A stretch of DNA of 64,000 bases from Eledone cirrhosa (lineage: Eukaryota). The stretch's first letter is position 1. Every line of letters begins with the position of its first letter. Positions 1 to 12,182 of the stretch are shown piece by piece. The notes under the pieces are model-generated. The model was not told the origin of the DNA and ran no database searches. It saw only the letters and a list, made by a program, of their open reading frames with translations. The position numbers and the translations under genes were made by a program. The stretch lies in the NCBI GenBank assembly GCA_964016885.1, contig OZ024745.1, forward strand, positions 25,978,001 through 26,042,000, read 5' to 3'.

Positions 1-129
1 AAATTATTATTGTTGTTTTTGTTGTCACTGTCGTTGCCTTTATCGTGTTTGTAGATGCAACTGCTGCTAGCTTTTTCTGCTGCTAAGAAAACTGCTGAAT
101 CCTTCTTTAATGATTCCATCTCCCTGATT

Positions 130-960
130 TACACACAAGGCCACCAATTTGAAGGCAAGAGGAAAGCCAGCGCGTTACTGGTACTTTATTTTATCGATTC
201 CTGTAAGGTTGAAAGACAAAACTAAACTTGGCAGGATTTAATTCAGAACGTAAAGGGCCGTAACTCTATGCTGCGAAGCATGTTGCCCGATGATGTACCG
301 ATATGGCCAATCCACCACCCTAAATAATAATTGTTTCTACTTTCGGCACAAGGCCAGCAATTACCCAGTGCATTACTGGTACTTTATTTTATCGACCCTG
401 TAAGGATGAAAGGCAAAGTGAACCTCGGCGGGATTTGAACTCAGACCGTAAAGGGACGTAACTATGCTGGAAAGTATGGCGTCCGACTCTCAACCGACCT
501 AAATAATAATGTTCGTAAATAATAATGATTGTTTCTAATTTAGCTACAAAGCCAACAAATTTAGGGGAAAGTCGATTATACCGACCTCCGTACTTTGCTG
601 GTACTTTATTTTATGTGTCTTGGGTGGATTAAGTAAAAAGTTGACCTCGGCAGGCTTTGAACTCAGAACGTAGAAATTCGTTGCTAAATGCCGTAAAGCT
701 TTTAATCCAACGATCTGACTATATTGCTAATCCGCCACCCTGATAATAATTCTGTTTAATATTAGCACAAGGCCAGCACATTTGGTAGCGAAGGTAAAGT
801 AGATTAAATCGGCCTCAGTACTTTACTGGTTCTTTATATTATCGGTCTCGAGTGGATTAAGGGTAAAGTTGGCCTAGGTGGTATTTAAAACCAGAATATA
901 GAAGGCTGTAACTAAATACCGCGATACATTTCATCTGATGATTATGTCAATCCAGCGCTC
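130..960 (-). mobile_element. Tandem cluster of four diverged tRNA-derived SINE copies (octopus-type SINE family)
   Basis: Four related ~200-bp units (about 130-320, 325-500, 520-741, 745-960) share gtactttattttatcgacc...ggatgaaaggcaaagt...ctcggcgggatttgaactcaga. On the minus strand this gives a B-box-like GAGTTCAAATCC and an (ATT)n tail. Confidence 0.8.
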
Positions 961-2281
961 TTGATAATGGTTTCGTTTGGATGGGGAAGTCGATTATATG
1001 ACTCAATTCACAGCATCCTATGTCCGCATATGTCATTGTGCCTTTAAAATAACCTATACATATATAAAACCGTTATTGCTTTAATAAGTCTACCAAACCG
1101 CAGCAAACACTTTAAACCGGACGCCAGCCTGTCCCCACGAATCCTATCAAACCAAACCGTACTCATCCTCCAAATTCGGCAAATAAAATGCAGACCACCT
1201 ATTTTCCCACACTCGGCATACGTAATCGGACCGCAAAATCCACCTAATAAGGAAGACAGCTGTCATATTACTTAGTTTCTATATAATAAAGCTAAATCAA
1301 TTATTATCTGCAGCCTGGCTTTACAGGGTAGCACTTGGGATTGTGGAGAATTCACTGTTATCTCTTTATTTGTTGTGATTCGAGGAGAGATCAACAAGAA
1401 AACAACACTAGATCTTTTAGAAATACAATATAACACTAACAGAAAAACAAACAACAAATAAACAGCAATAGAGCGGAAGAGCAAAACAATCAATTCATGT
1501 CTAGCCTAGAAAGCCACAAACAAAGCTTTTCAGTATCACCATCTTAGAATCAGGGGGCATACTGCATTTCCTTACCAAAAGAAGAATAACTAAAAATGTT
1601 AATATCTACTTGTTGCGAATATAAAGGGAAACAGAAAACCCTTAGAATTACTTATTAATCGATCACGTATTGGAGTCTTAGTTCAATACTTTCGTGCTAT
1701 ATACATATTTGGAACATAATATTTTATATCCTAACAAGACATCATTTCCTCACAACAATTCTACTTAGTCTAAACATCTGTTTACTATGTTAAACCATGG
1801 CAGCTGTGGATACAAATGCCGTGTGATGGTCATAAATCATCCTTTATGCATAGCTAACTTTGAAATGTACCAAACACGATAGCCTGTTGGTTAACTTATT
1901 TCACGTGGCACACAATTTTAGCTAGGGCAGTTGCAATAGAAAAAATGTTTAATGCTACCCTTGAAAGGGAAAAACATATAAAGAAATAAAATGTTTAGAT
2001 AAAGATATTGGGGTTAAATTATTTAAAACAGGGCAAGTATTTGGGAATAAACTAACATAACAGGATACATTTCAGGATGAAAGAGAAAATCATGCAAGAA
2101 TAGCAAGCAAGATGGAATGCAATTCTTGGGGAAAAGAATTAATATACATTATAATATTAATATATATTATAATATTAATGTAATCGTATAATGATATACT
2201 ATTAATGTAATAATGCTATATTTATAATGAAATAAATTGGAAGATGAATGTATGCTGCAATAAGAGATTTTTAAAAGCAAA

Positions 2282-2440
2282 TAGATCACAGCCCCGATAC
2301 TATGGACATGTGGTTAGAATGTCTCAGAAAAGAATCGCTGGATAGATTTTATGGGCAAAACCAACCGGTAGGAGACCCAGGGGTAGACCCCGAGCAAGAT
2401 TGCTGGATAACATTCAGGAGCTTGGCTGGTCTCGCTAGGG
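2282..2440 (+). mobile_element. RTE-clade LINE 3' coding remnant
   Basis: Translates as RSQPRYYGHVVRMSQKRIAG*ILWAKPTGRRPRGRPRARLLDNIQELGWSR, the typical RTE C-terminal GHxxRM...GxRxRGRP motif, with an in-frame stop. Confidence 0.7.
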
Positions 2441-2618
2441 AAGAGGCCTCTAAGTTGTCGCTCGGCCTATTATAGTCATATTCTTTTTATCTTTTTTAGT
2501 GCTCGAATTATTACTTGTATTATTGTCACTTACATATCCCATAAACTTGTTCTTTAAAATGTTCTGTATTTCCTTCTAGGTGATTCTTTGGTGAGAAGTA
2601 ATTGAAAAATCACTGGAT

Positions 2619-2764
2619 ATGAGGGTTGGTTGAAAAGTAAATAGGATGACTCTTATTAATAACTGCATTGTTTCTTTCCAAGGACTATATTGAAAAATAA
2701 ACTTCATTTGGTCATTCCATGAGAATATGTTGGTCAGCCTATGAACTTTTCAGCCGATCCTCAT
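2619..2764. mobile_element. Mariner-type MITE copy
   Basis: Ends tgagggttggttgaaaagt ... acttttcagccgatcctca, flanked by TA. Same family as 8046-8224. Confidence 0.65.
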
Positions 2765-3184
2765 AAATATCCTCGTTTATGTTTTTCATTATGATATCCG
2801 AACGGTTTATCTTGATTTCCCTGGTACATTGGACAGGTACACCCAAACAGCAGTTAGGAAATACATCTCTAATAAGACAGTTGATTAAATCGATCTTACT
2901 ACTTGACAAGTTTTATCTAATTTCGAAGGATAAACGGTCAGGTCGAACAGTTAACTTCCGGCATCAACCTGAAGATCAGCCTGAAGGGATTGCAAGTCCA
3001 CTTATGTTACACTTCGGGTGTTTACCCCATTTTCATAAAAAAAAAATTGCATGCAGACAACACTCCCTACTTCACTTTTAATTTCCACTTTAGAAAACAG
3101 GATGAAAGTTTCTCTGGAGAGTAACTGCTTACGTTCAGCCATATCAGAATGAATCAGCCACTATTTTTGATTGCAGGTACCAAG

Positions 3185-3411
3185 TAATGGTTTCTACTAT
3201 AGGCACAAAGCAAGCAATTTTTTTTTTGCGGGGGGAGGGCAAAGTCGATTAAATCAACTCTGCAGTGCGTTACTGGTGCTTTATTTTATTGACCTCATAC
3301 GGATGAAAGGCAAAGCTAAGATCGGTGGGATTTGAATTCAGAACGCAAAGGGCCATAACTCTATGCTGCAAAGCATAGTGTCTGACGATCTACCGATACT
3401 GCCAATCCACC
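3185..3411 (-). mobile_element. tRNA-derived SINE copy
   Basis: Same body as the 130-960 units. Confidence 0.75.
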
Positions 3412-3416
3412 GAATA

Positions 3417-5247
3417 ACACCGTGTAACATATTTTTTGTTCCCCGGTTCTAAGTGTCATTTCATGGTTTGTTATATCCCATTATTATAAAAAAAACACTA
3501 TTATTTAATCAGAAGTTTGGGTTTGTGGTCAGGAGTTTGATATTTCGAAATTTTCATATTTTTCAAGAAAAAACGCATTTTTAAAAAATTTATCAGTTCA
3601 TATAATTAAATCAACAGAGTATATATTTATTTTATTACACAAGCTTATCAAAAGCAAACAAGTAAAAACAAATAACACTTATAAAGCAACTTATACACGT
3701 CAGAAATGACTGGATTTCCTGGATTTACGGTTGTAGTCCAGGTCGCATTCCCGCACTAGCCCCCAGATATAGTTCCCCATCATTTTTTCATTGTAGTGGC
3801 CCTAGTACCTCCGCTCTATCTCTTTCACATCTTGGTGGAATCGTTCGCCTTGTTCGTCTGAGTAGGCGCCCATATTGTCCTTGAAATTTTCCAGGTGAGC
3901 GTCCAGCATATGGAGTTTAAGCGACATCCTGCATCCCATGGCACCAAAAGCCTTTATCAGTTCCTGCACCAGTTGATGGTAGCTTTCAGCTCTGTAGTTG
4001 CCCAGGAAGCCCTTAACAACTGCCTTGAAACAGTTCCATGCTGTTCTCTCAATCCTATTGAGATTATTGGAGAACTCGGTAGACTCAAACACCTTCTTTA
4101 TCTGAGGTCCTGGGATCAACCAATGCCTCCCACATCACATTTCGGGTCCCAGCTACAACTTCTGTTCGCTGCTCCCAGTTCTTTCTTTTGTAGTGGTCAG
4201 AGGTCGCTCTGCTGTCCCAAAGGCAGAGGAAGCATTGGAATTTGATAAAACCTCCTTGTAGTCCAAGCAGGAAAGCCACCATCTTGAAGTCTCCAATGAT
4301 TTCCCAATTGTACTGGTTGTATTGCAGAGCTTCCAAGAGAACTTTCACACTGTAGTAATCTTCCTTAAGGCACAGTGAATGAGTTAGGGGCAGTGTCGGG
4401 AACTTGTTTCCATTGTGGAGGAGGACAGCCTTCAAACTTGTGGTAGAGCTGTCTATAAATAGTCGCCACTCCTTGGACACAAACGGCACCCCAATACCGT
4501 CAAACAGTCCAGGCACGTCATGGCAGAAGCAGAGGCCATCCCTAAGAGTGTAAAAGCCTGAGAAAGGTTCGTGTCGACTTCCTCCTTGACCAAGTTCCAC
4601 TCCTTCATCCTGGAGACGACTAGCTCTGCATTGGACTTGGTCAGACCCATATCCCTGACCAAGTCATTGACTTCTTTTTGGTTTGGGAAGTGAGGAACTT
4701 TTTCTGGTACCTCAGACAGGTAATCCAAGTCCTCAGCACCCATCTCCTCCTCTTCATCAGAATACTTGTCTTGGAAAATAAATTTGATATGCAATACAAA
4801 ATAAATACTGGAAAGGAAAATAAATACATATTTAAATAATATAAAAGAACACGAATCATACTAATGAAAATTCGTGCTTAAAACACAACTTACCCTTTAT
4901 TCAGGGTGCGGAAATCCAGTATCAATAAATCTCTTTAATCCACTTTTTAACAATTTTATACTTTATTGCACTTTTATAATTTTCTTTGGGTATTACTCTT
5001 TATTTTATAATATTAATTTAACCTGAAACATATATAAAAAAAGCATTTAACATAAGTAAATTAAACTTACATATAACGTAAAATTCAGCATACAAATAAT
5101 TCTAGTGAATAGCTTAGAATTTTTACAAACCCAAACTTTTAACTGTTTAATAGCATTTTTTTATTTATTTATTTGGGACCTAAGCAACACAAAAAAAGTG
5201 ATTACAAGCCAGGAACAGAGAAAACATTTTTGTTTGTTACACGGTGT
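3417..5247 (-). mobile_element. Sola (Sola1-like) DNA transposon, internally deleted and defective
   Basis: Perfect 13-bp TIR acaccgtgtaaca / tgttacacggtgt, with imperfect subterminal extension. 4-bp TSD AATA (3413-3416 and 5248-5251). Encloses a transposase remnant. Confidence 0.8.
3700..4775 (-). pseudogene. Sola-type transposase pseudogene
   Basis: Frame-shifted pieces with WRLFIDSS.TSLKAVLLHNGN, WEIIGDFKMVAFLLGLQGGF.KFQCFLCLWDSR and GCRMSLKLHMLDAHL...SDEQGERFHQD. Premature TAG at 3802-3804. Acceptor-like ttttccaag near 4770, but no upstream exon seen. Confidence 0.75.
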
Positions 5248-5280
5248 AATACTTTCTAATATTGGAACATGACCAACAAG

Positions 5281-5550
5281 GGTCGGACACCATGCTTTGA
5301 AGCATAGAGTTGCGCCCCTTTACGGCCTGAGTTAAAATTCCGCCGAGGTTAACTTTGCCTTTCATCATTACGGGGTCGATAAAATAAAGTACCAGTAACG
5401 CACTGGGATAACTGCTGGCCTTGTGCCAAAAATAGAAACAATTATATTGACCCCAATACCTCACTAGATTTTATTTTTTCGACTCCGGAAGGATGAAAAG
5501 GTAAAGTTGATCTGGGCAGGATTTGAACTCAGAACTTAGAAATTCCGAAG
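5281..5550. mobile_element. Two SINE copies in opposite orientation
   Basis: Plus copy about 5281-5448 ending aaacaattatatt, followed by a partial minus copy about 5450-5550. Confidence 0.65.
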
Positions 5551-5644
5551 CTCTACAGATACTTCAATCACAACAATTTTTCAGGCATCAGATAATCCAC
5601 TTTCTGCTCGACATTTTATAAACATATAAAAAAGGATATCTTTT

Positions 5645-6553
5645 TCATCGAACTCTCCTGCTCTGAGCCGGTGTTACAGTAAAGCCAGAGTCCTGGTGTT
5701 TCTCCAGCGCAAGGCGCATACAATAGTCCACTACGATGATAAAAAGGTAGGGAGCCAATGTATCTCCATGGAGCACTCCAGCCAGTATCTCAAAGAACTC
5801 TGTCATCCCATCAGGTGTAATGACTTGGGCTTTGGTGTTGAGCAGTAATATCAGGTCCACTATCTTCTTTGGGATTCCATAAGCCTGTAATATCTTCATC
5901 AGACAGTGACGGTCCATAGACTCAAAGGCCTTCCTAAAGTCCTAATGTAGGCGGGAAGTCGCTAGAATTGGTTGGGGACTTCTTGTATTTGGGAGAAAAG
6001 ATTGGGAATACAGAAGATGATGTGGTCGGGAGGAAGAGCAAAGCCTGGGCGGCGTGCCACAGCTTGAGATCGGTGTGGAAGTCGGACCTTCGCAAAGACC
6101 TGAAGATCCGCCTCTTCGTTGCTGTAGTGGAGTCTGTGCTGCTGTACGGGTCTGAGACTTGGACACTGACTAAGAAACTCACTCAGATGGTGGATGGATG
6201 CTACACGAGAATGCTGAGGATGGCTCTGAATCAGTATACACTGAGGATGAAGTACTCAGAGCTGTACGGGAGCCTCCCAAAAGTCAGCTCAAAAGTGATA
6301 CTGAGGAGACTGAGGTTAGCTGGACATGCTCACCGACATCCAGAGTTGACACTGCACTAAGTGCTCCTGTGGGAGCCCCTGCATGGACACACTGGAAGAG
6401 GAAGACCGATTTTAACATATTTTGATGCCCCAAAGACAGACACTGGTCTCTTGGAGACGCAGGACATGGCAGCGATAATGAGAGACAGAGACCGCTGGAG
6501 AGAACTGGTCCATGGATCTTGGGAGTTTTACCCGCCCTAGATAGATAGATAGA
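5645..6553 (+). mobile_element. 5'-truncated RTE-clade LINE with an inverted 5' segment
   Basis: Minus segment 5645-5935 encodes an RT region (GVLHGDTLAPYLFIIVVDY). Plus segment 5945-6540 encodes the C-terminus (FLYLG...VESVLLYGSETWTLT...LRLAGH). Ends in a (TAGA)n tail. The same 3' end recurs at about 30880-30942. Confidence 0.8.
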
Positions 6554-6569
6554 TAAAAAAGGAAATGAA

Positions 6570-6760
6570 CATGGCCAGGACGTCTCAGGCTTAACTCCAC
6601 AGCCCTATCAAGCGGGCTAGACCGAGCGGACAGCAAAAGGCCAGACGGCATGACAATCTTCCCATTCCATGAGGGTAGGCTCCTCATCTAGGATGTTACA
6701 AGCTGTGACACCTCTTATAGCAACCTGGTGCATTCGACTAGTAGGTAAGGCTCTGTTGCC
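6570..6760 (+). mobile_element. CRE-like non-LTR element, restriction-like endonuclease fragment
   Basis: Translates GLDRADSKRPDGMTIFPFHEGRLLI*DVT, homologous to 31000-31660. Confidence 0.6.
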
Positions 6761-7598
6761 TGCCAGGCTGAAGAGGGCAAACTTTTCAGCCGACCCTCCT
6801 ACATGTCGCACAGTAACATTTGGCAGAGGTTTTAATGAACATGTCTCAATTTTTTAATGGAAATGTTTCGGTATGCATGTATATAAGAATGTATGTATAT
6901 ATGCATATATGCATATATATATATATGAGTGAGTGAGTAAGTGAGTGAGTGAGTGAGTGAGTGAGTGAGTGAGTATGTATGTATGTATGTATGTATGTAT
7001 GTATGTATGTATGTATGTATGTATGTATGTATGTATGTATGCATGTATGCACGTACGTATGTATGTATGTATGTATGTATGTATGTATGCACGTATGTAT
7101 ATATATATATATGTATATACACATGTATCTATGTATATATGTATTCTTGTGACCATAGTTTGGACCATGCGAGGTTTATTCAGTGTGTGTGTACATGAAT
7201 GTATCTTACTCCCTCTCTATTAATTCTCTCTCTCTTCCTCTCTTAGTGTATGTATGAGTAGTCAGTTATTTACGATGCCAGGGAATTACTAACATGGGAA
7301 TAGCCGGAGGAGCCAGTTCTGGTGAGAAAAAAAATGCAGTAACACGACAGGGTGACGAAATTTCGGTGCCATCTGTCTGTCACTAGTTGCCTTATCTTTA
7401 GTTGACGGTAAGAGCAGCTCTACAAAAAACAAAACAAAACACATACTGCAGAGAGAATCTTGAGTTGTAATGTCGTAGTATCCTATGTTTATAGCCCACC
7501 TCTACCAAATCGTCCATATTTCGTCCACTTCAACGGCTTCGAGATTTCATATCCGTCTCTTGTGTTTTTCACAATTTCATACATAGGGATGTTTTCCT

Positions 7599-8040
7599 GA
7601 AAACACACACACACGCAACACCACCCACAAACATACGTACACACAGCATCCTCCCAACACACATATACACATACATATATAAATATACGTATACATGAGC
7701 ACGTGAAAACACACACACACGCAACACCACCCACAAACATACGTACACACAGCATCCTCCCAACACACATATACACATACATATATAAATATACGTATAC
7801 ATGAGCACGTGAAAACACACACACACGCAACACCACCCACAAACATACGTACACACAGCATCCTCCCAACACACATATACACATACATATATAAATATAC
7901 GTATACATGAGCACGTGAAAACACACACACACGCAACACCACCCACAAACATACGTACACACAGCATCCCCCCAACACACATATACACATACATATATAA
8001 ATATACGTATACATGAGCACGTGAAAACACACACACACGC
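7599..8040. repeat. 106-bp tandem repeat, about 4.2 near-identical copies
   Basis: Unit gaaaacacacacacacgcaacaccacccac...catgagcacgt starts at 7599, 7705, 7811, 7917 and 8023. Confidence 0.9.
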
Positions 8041-8045
8041 ATGTA

Positions 8046-8224
8046 TGAGGGTGGGCTGAAATGTTCATTAGTTGACTCTGAAGGAGTGATGCTGGAGCTG
8101 TGAAATCTTACATGTATTAATTTCAAATTTTCTTATTAATAACTGCATTGTTGAAAAATAAACCTCATTTGATCATTCAATGAGAGTATCATCGTCGGCC
8201 TATGAACTTTTCAGCCGACTCTCG
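8046..8224. mobile_element. Mariner-type MITE
   Basis: TIR-like ends tgagggtgggctgaaatgttcat / atgaacttttcagccgactctcg, TA flanks. Further copies at about 19733-19938, 28455-28585, 58537-58740, 58895-59140 and 61455-61636. Confidence 0.75.
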
Positions 8225-8278
8225 TATATATTCGTGTATATGTATATATATATATATGTACATTATGTATATATATAT

Positions 8279-8448
8279 AGGAAAATGTTCAAGACCCCGA
8301 CGGCAGAGCTCAAGCCGTTTCGACAGCTATTGCTTGAGCTCTGCCGTCGGGGTCTTGAACCTTTTCCTATTACCCACTCTACTACCCTAAGTATTGAGTT
8401 ATCTGGTGCGTTATGGTCCACCGGGTTCCTTAGCACACTTCCTTCGTT
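8279..8448 (+). mobile_element. Family A: (TA)n-flanked hairpin element with the 3' half of a hammerhead (non-autonomous PLE derivative)
   Basis: Palindromic head plus tail ...gtattgagt...ggtgcgttatggtcca...cttccttcgtt(AT)n. Other copies at 8914-9085 (-), 24631-24650, 28276-28397, 32030-32180 (-), 51108-51303 and 62373-62575. Confidence 0.7.
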
Positions 8449-8498
8449 ATATATATATATAAACACACGTGTGTGAGTGTGTGTGTGTGTGTGTGTGT

Positions 8499-8539
<41 letters not shown>

Positions 8540-8683
8540 GATAAATCTACCAAGAGTTTACGGTAGTGTCCAATCCGTATGAAGAACTCAATGTATTCCG
8601 GATATCATGGAAAGAAGAGATGTAATGAAAAATCACTTTCGGTGAAAGATAAACGGTATACAGAGTCAAGATAAAATATTAAA

Positions 8684-8834
8684 CATTATTTCTGAAGACG
8701 GCATATATGTGTGTTTGGTATGTATATTTAATCTTGATAGTTTGTATAATTTTGTATAATTTTGTACATAGATCTGTTGAATATGCATGCCAATTCTAAC
8801 ACATATATATCCTAGAAACGATCGTTAAATAATG
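8684..8834 (+). ncRNA. Type I hammerhead ribozyme with a long stem II
   Basis: Stem I cattattt (8684-91) / aaataatg (8827-34). CTGAAGA at 8692-98. GAAAC at 8815-19. Palindromic stem III acgatcgt. Cleavage triplet GUU. Confidence 0.75.
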
Positions 8835-8913
8835 AACTTTTTTTGTTTAATATAAGGAACTGTTTCATTGTTTTATTCATTATTTGTTTAATATTTTATA
8901 TATATATATATAT

Positions 8914-9085
8914 ATAACGAAGGAAGTGTGCTAAGGAACCAGGTGGACCATAACGCACCAGAGAACTCAATACTTAGGGTAGTAGAGTGGGTAATAGGAA
9001 AAGGTTCAAGACCCCGACGGCAGAGCTCAAGTAATAGCCGTCGAAACGGCTTGAGCTCTTCCGTCGGGGTCTTGAACATTTTCCT
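8914..9085 (-). mobile_element. Family A element, opposite orientation to 8279-8448
   Basis: Reverse complement of the family A tail plus the hairpin containing gtcgaaacggcttgagctcttccgtcggggtc. Confidence 0.7.
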
Positions 9086-9329
9086 ATATATACAAGGGCT
9101 GTGAAAGCATTACTGAATGGGAGGGGGGGATTTGATCAATTTAGTTGTATTGATTAGTTTAGCTCTTTGCACTTTAAAATAGTAAAAAAATCTTTGATAC
9201 GCGATAAACATAACATGTTCATAAATTGTAGCGCATATCTAAATGTATGTTTTGGTAGTTTGGGGAGAAAATATAATTATTGGGGTAGGTGGGGGTGGAT
9301 TGCAATCAGCGTACTTGATATATATATAA

Positions 9330-9361
<32 letters not shown>

Positions 9362-9966
9362 ATAGACTATGCGATGTTGAGACCGGAGAGACCACTAACC
9401 ATGCGCTGCAGTCGGGATTTGACATCTCTCTCTCCCCGTATATATATATATATCATATACCTCTGGTTGGTGCGAGCAATAACTTAAAGAAAGTTATTGG
9501 GACACGTGAGCAATAACTAAAGAAAGTTATTGGGACACGTGACTAAACCTGCAACCCCACCAAGCTTGCTTGGTGAGGAGGGTGATATTGAACACCCTGT
9601 GGGATGAAAAACAAAATCCGCCAAACGGCAGCAAATCATCGAATAAAGTTTTTTTTTAGTGTGAGACCCCTAATCTTCATTAAGATATCTCATATAAAAC
9701 CTGCGACTTCGTTGCATCCTATGATAGAGACCAGCTCTTCGTTTTGGTTAAATACATTCGATGTTCAGAGAATAGGATTGGCCTCGTGGAAAGCGTTACC
9801 TCACTTAAAAAAGCTTCAAGCTCAGGCATCGCTTGATATGTGACTTATTTTGCGATGCCTTATATTGCTGGCCATAGGCAAGTCCCTAGCAGAACTAAAA
9901 TGCCATATCCGTGATGCTCATGCTTAAGTATAAAGCAATGGCATTATTCGAAATCGAGTTGCAACG

Positions 9967-10040
<74 letters not shown>

Positions 10041-10044
10041 ATAT

Positions 10045-10480
10045 ATAAGAAAAATGGAGTGCTGCGTGGTTGGACATGGGTTACATATGAATAAAATTAG
10101 CGCTTCATCAGTGATCTTCCAACCATGATATCTATAAGCTTAAGCTTGGTGAAATCATGGACGAGAGATACAGACCATCCGACATGGGTGAGATGTGAGC
10201 GAGAAAAGGATTTCACACAGGTCAAACGGGAGGAAGTGAGAGAGGGGGAGAAGCAGAGAGTGAGTGAGTGGAAGTGTGAGGAAGAGGCCAGCTGAGAGAG
10301 AGTGTGACTGGCAGAGGCGGTAAAAAGAAGGTGAGAGATACAGAGAGAGGGGAAGCAGTAAGAAAGAAACAGACAATCGCAGTTGAAGAAAAAATATAAA
10401 TATAAGAAAAATGGAGTGCTGCGTGGTTGCACATGGGTTACATATGAATAAAATTAGTCCTTCATCAGTGATCTTCCAAA
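10045..10480 (-). mobile_element. (TA)n-flanked element with ~80-bp terminal direct repeats containing CTGATGA (hammerhead 5' half) on the minus strand
   Basis: 10045-10123 is repeated at 10401-10480. A related sequence lies on the plus strand at 15231-15310. Confidence 0.5.
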
Positions 10481-10631
10481 TAAATATATATATATATATA
10501 TATAATGTAGGAGGTGAGTTTTATTGTAGCACAATAAAGCACTGCAAATATCGGATAAGTAGCACTCTACAGTTTGTAGGACTGGGTATAAATAATATAA
10601 GATCAAACGATGGTTAAAAGAGTTCCAAGTA

Positions 10632-10698
10632 TTTTATTATGCGCATTTCAAAAACAAATATCATCATGAGATGATATCTGCGTTTTCATCAGATAAAA
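10632..10698 (-). ncRNA. Type I hammerhead ribozyme in the PLE pLTR (sense copy)
   Basis: Minus strand reads ttttat CTGATGA aaacgcagatatcatc tcat gatgatatttgttttt GAAA tgcgca TA ataaaa. Stem I 6 bp. Stem II 16 bp with one mismatch. Palindromic stem III atgcgcat. Confidence 0.85.
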
Positions 10699-11861
10699 GA
10701 GGGATACATGATATGAAGCTTATAAAACACTTGTGAATAGTGAAGTTTTAAATCAACATATGAAAAATAATTTAAGATTGATGTGTGATATTGGGAAAAG
10801 TGAGGGGGGAGGGGCTGGAAAAGGTAAGGAAGAGGAGGAGATGAGAGTAAAGAATGGTGGGGGGGGGAGGAGTATAAGAAGGAAGGATGAGAGAGGAGGA
10901 GAGATGGGTGAGAGAGAGAGATAGCCTTTACAACTGAGAAAAAATATATATTGTCTCACAGAGAGAAGTTAAAAAGCCGTTGGAAGATAATAGATAATTT
11001 AAAAGAATTTGAAATTAAAAGTTGATGAAGAGAAAAAGGGGTTAAGAATAATATTAAATTAAGGTTTGTATATTGAAGTGTTTAATAATATGTGCGAGGA
11101 AAAGAAATTATTAATATGTATTATTAAAATAAGAATATTAATGTTATTAAGGATATAATGTGAAAAGAAGTAGAAGAATGGATGAGTTATGAATTTAGAG
11201 GAATTAGTTAGTGTTTGAGTTTGTTTTTATGTAATGTAATATGTGTGCGTAATATATGTACGTAAATAGTTTGTTTAAAAATGAGCGCAGAAAGCAAAGA
11301 AGAAAAGAATGTTTAAGAAAATATCTAACATCAAAAAATATATATGTTTACGAAATATTTTCTAATGGTAATAATATAATATATTAAAAGAAATTAGTTA
11401 GGGTTTAAGATTGTTTTTATGTATTGTAATATGTAAAAGTCAACGAGCATGAAAGGAAGAGATAAGGAATTTAAGGAAGAAAAATCTAATGTAAAAAAAA
11501 AAAAAAAAAAAATGTTTATGTTTACGAAGGACTATTAAAGGTAATACTATAATGTATTAAAAAGATAATAATAATTTTTATGGCCAATGATATGAAGAAA
11601 GATGGAAGAATGGATAATGTTGTGGTGAGTAATAATAAGAATTGAGAAGTAGTTAGGAAGAAAAAGTACAGATTAGAGGTTAGAAATTAAAAAGAAAAGA
11701 GGAAGAAAGGAAAGTGATAAAGAGGAATGATATAGAATGAGTAACTTGTATTATATAATATATAATAAATAATATTAAAATAAGGTAGAAAGATGGGTAT
11801 ATTTAAAATAAATATATAAGCCTTTGAGAAAAAGGATTTTAAACTAGTAAGGTATTAGATA

Positions 11862-12182
11862 TTAGCTGTATACTTTATGGAATGTTCTGTGGAATTTATG
11901 CAAGCAGAGAGAAAATAAGTAAGTGCGTCTATTTATTATAGAATTTAAATTAGATATAATGGTAAATTTCTCAGATAGGCAAAGATTACATGTCTGGATA
12001 GGGAGGCATTCAAGTAGGGAGAGGCAGAACAAACTTTCCTCCAAGAGATGTTATAGTTAATATTTTTGTCTTTCAAGGACCATATGAGTTCTGAGAGTGC
12101 CGTGTTAGTTCTTTTAAGTTGGTATTTAAAAGACGAATTGTGATTATAAAATCTCGCTTTGAAGGAGGTGGAAGTGGAACCG
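11862..12182 (-). pseudogene. Penelope-like GIY-YIG endonuclease C-terminal remnant
   Basis: GSTSTSFKARFYNHNSSFKYQLKRTNTALSELIWSLKDKNINYNISWRKVCSASPY, then a frameshift, then CNLCLSEKFTII...INRRTYLFSLCLHK. Matches the CxLCxxEK...NxRxxLxSxCxH pattern of PLE endonucleases. Confidence 0.8.

Noticed and set aside
130-960. tRNA genes
   Set aside because: B-box-like motifs belong to SINE heads; no cloverleaf could be formed.
2960-3020. CTGAAGA as a hammerhead core (also CTGANGA hits near 934, 3382, 6100, 39520, 54447, 55458)
   Set aside because: No properly placed GAAA-stem III-UH or stem I; several lie inside SINE or LINE bodies.
6832-8126. YI/HT/VC-rich ORFs here and at many other microsatellites
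   Set aside because: Products of (TA)n, (CA)n, (TATG)n and the 106-bp repeat.
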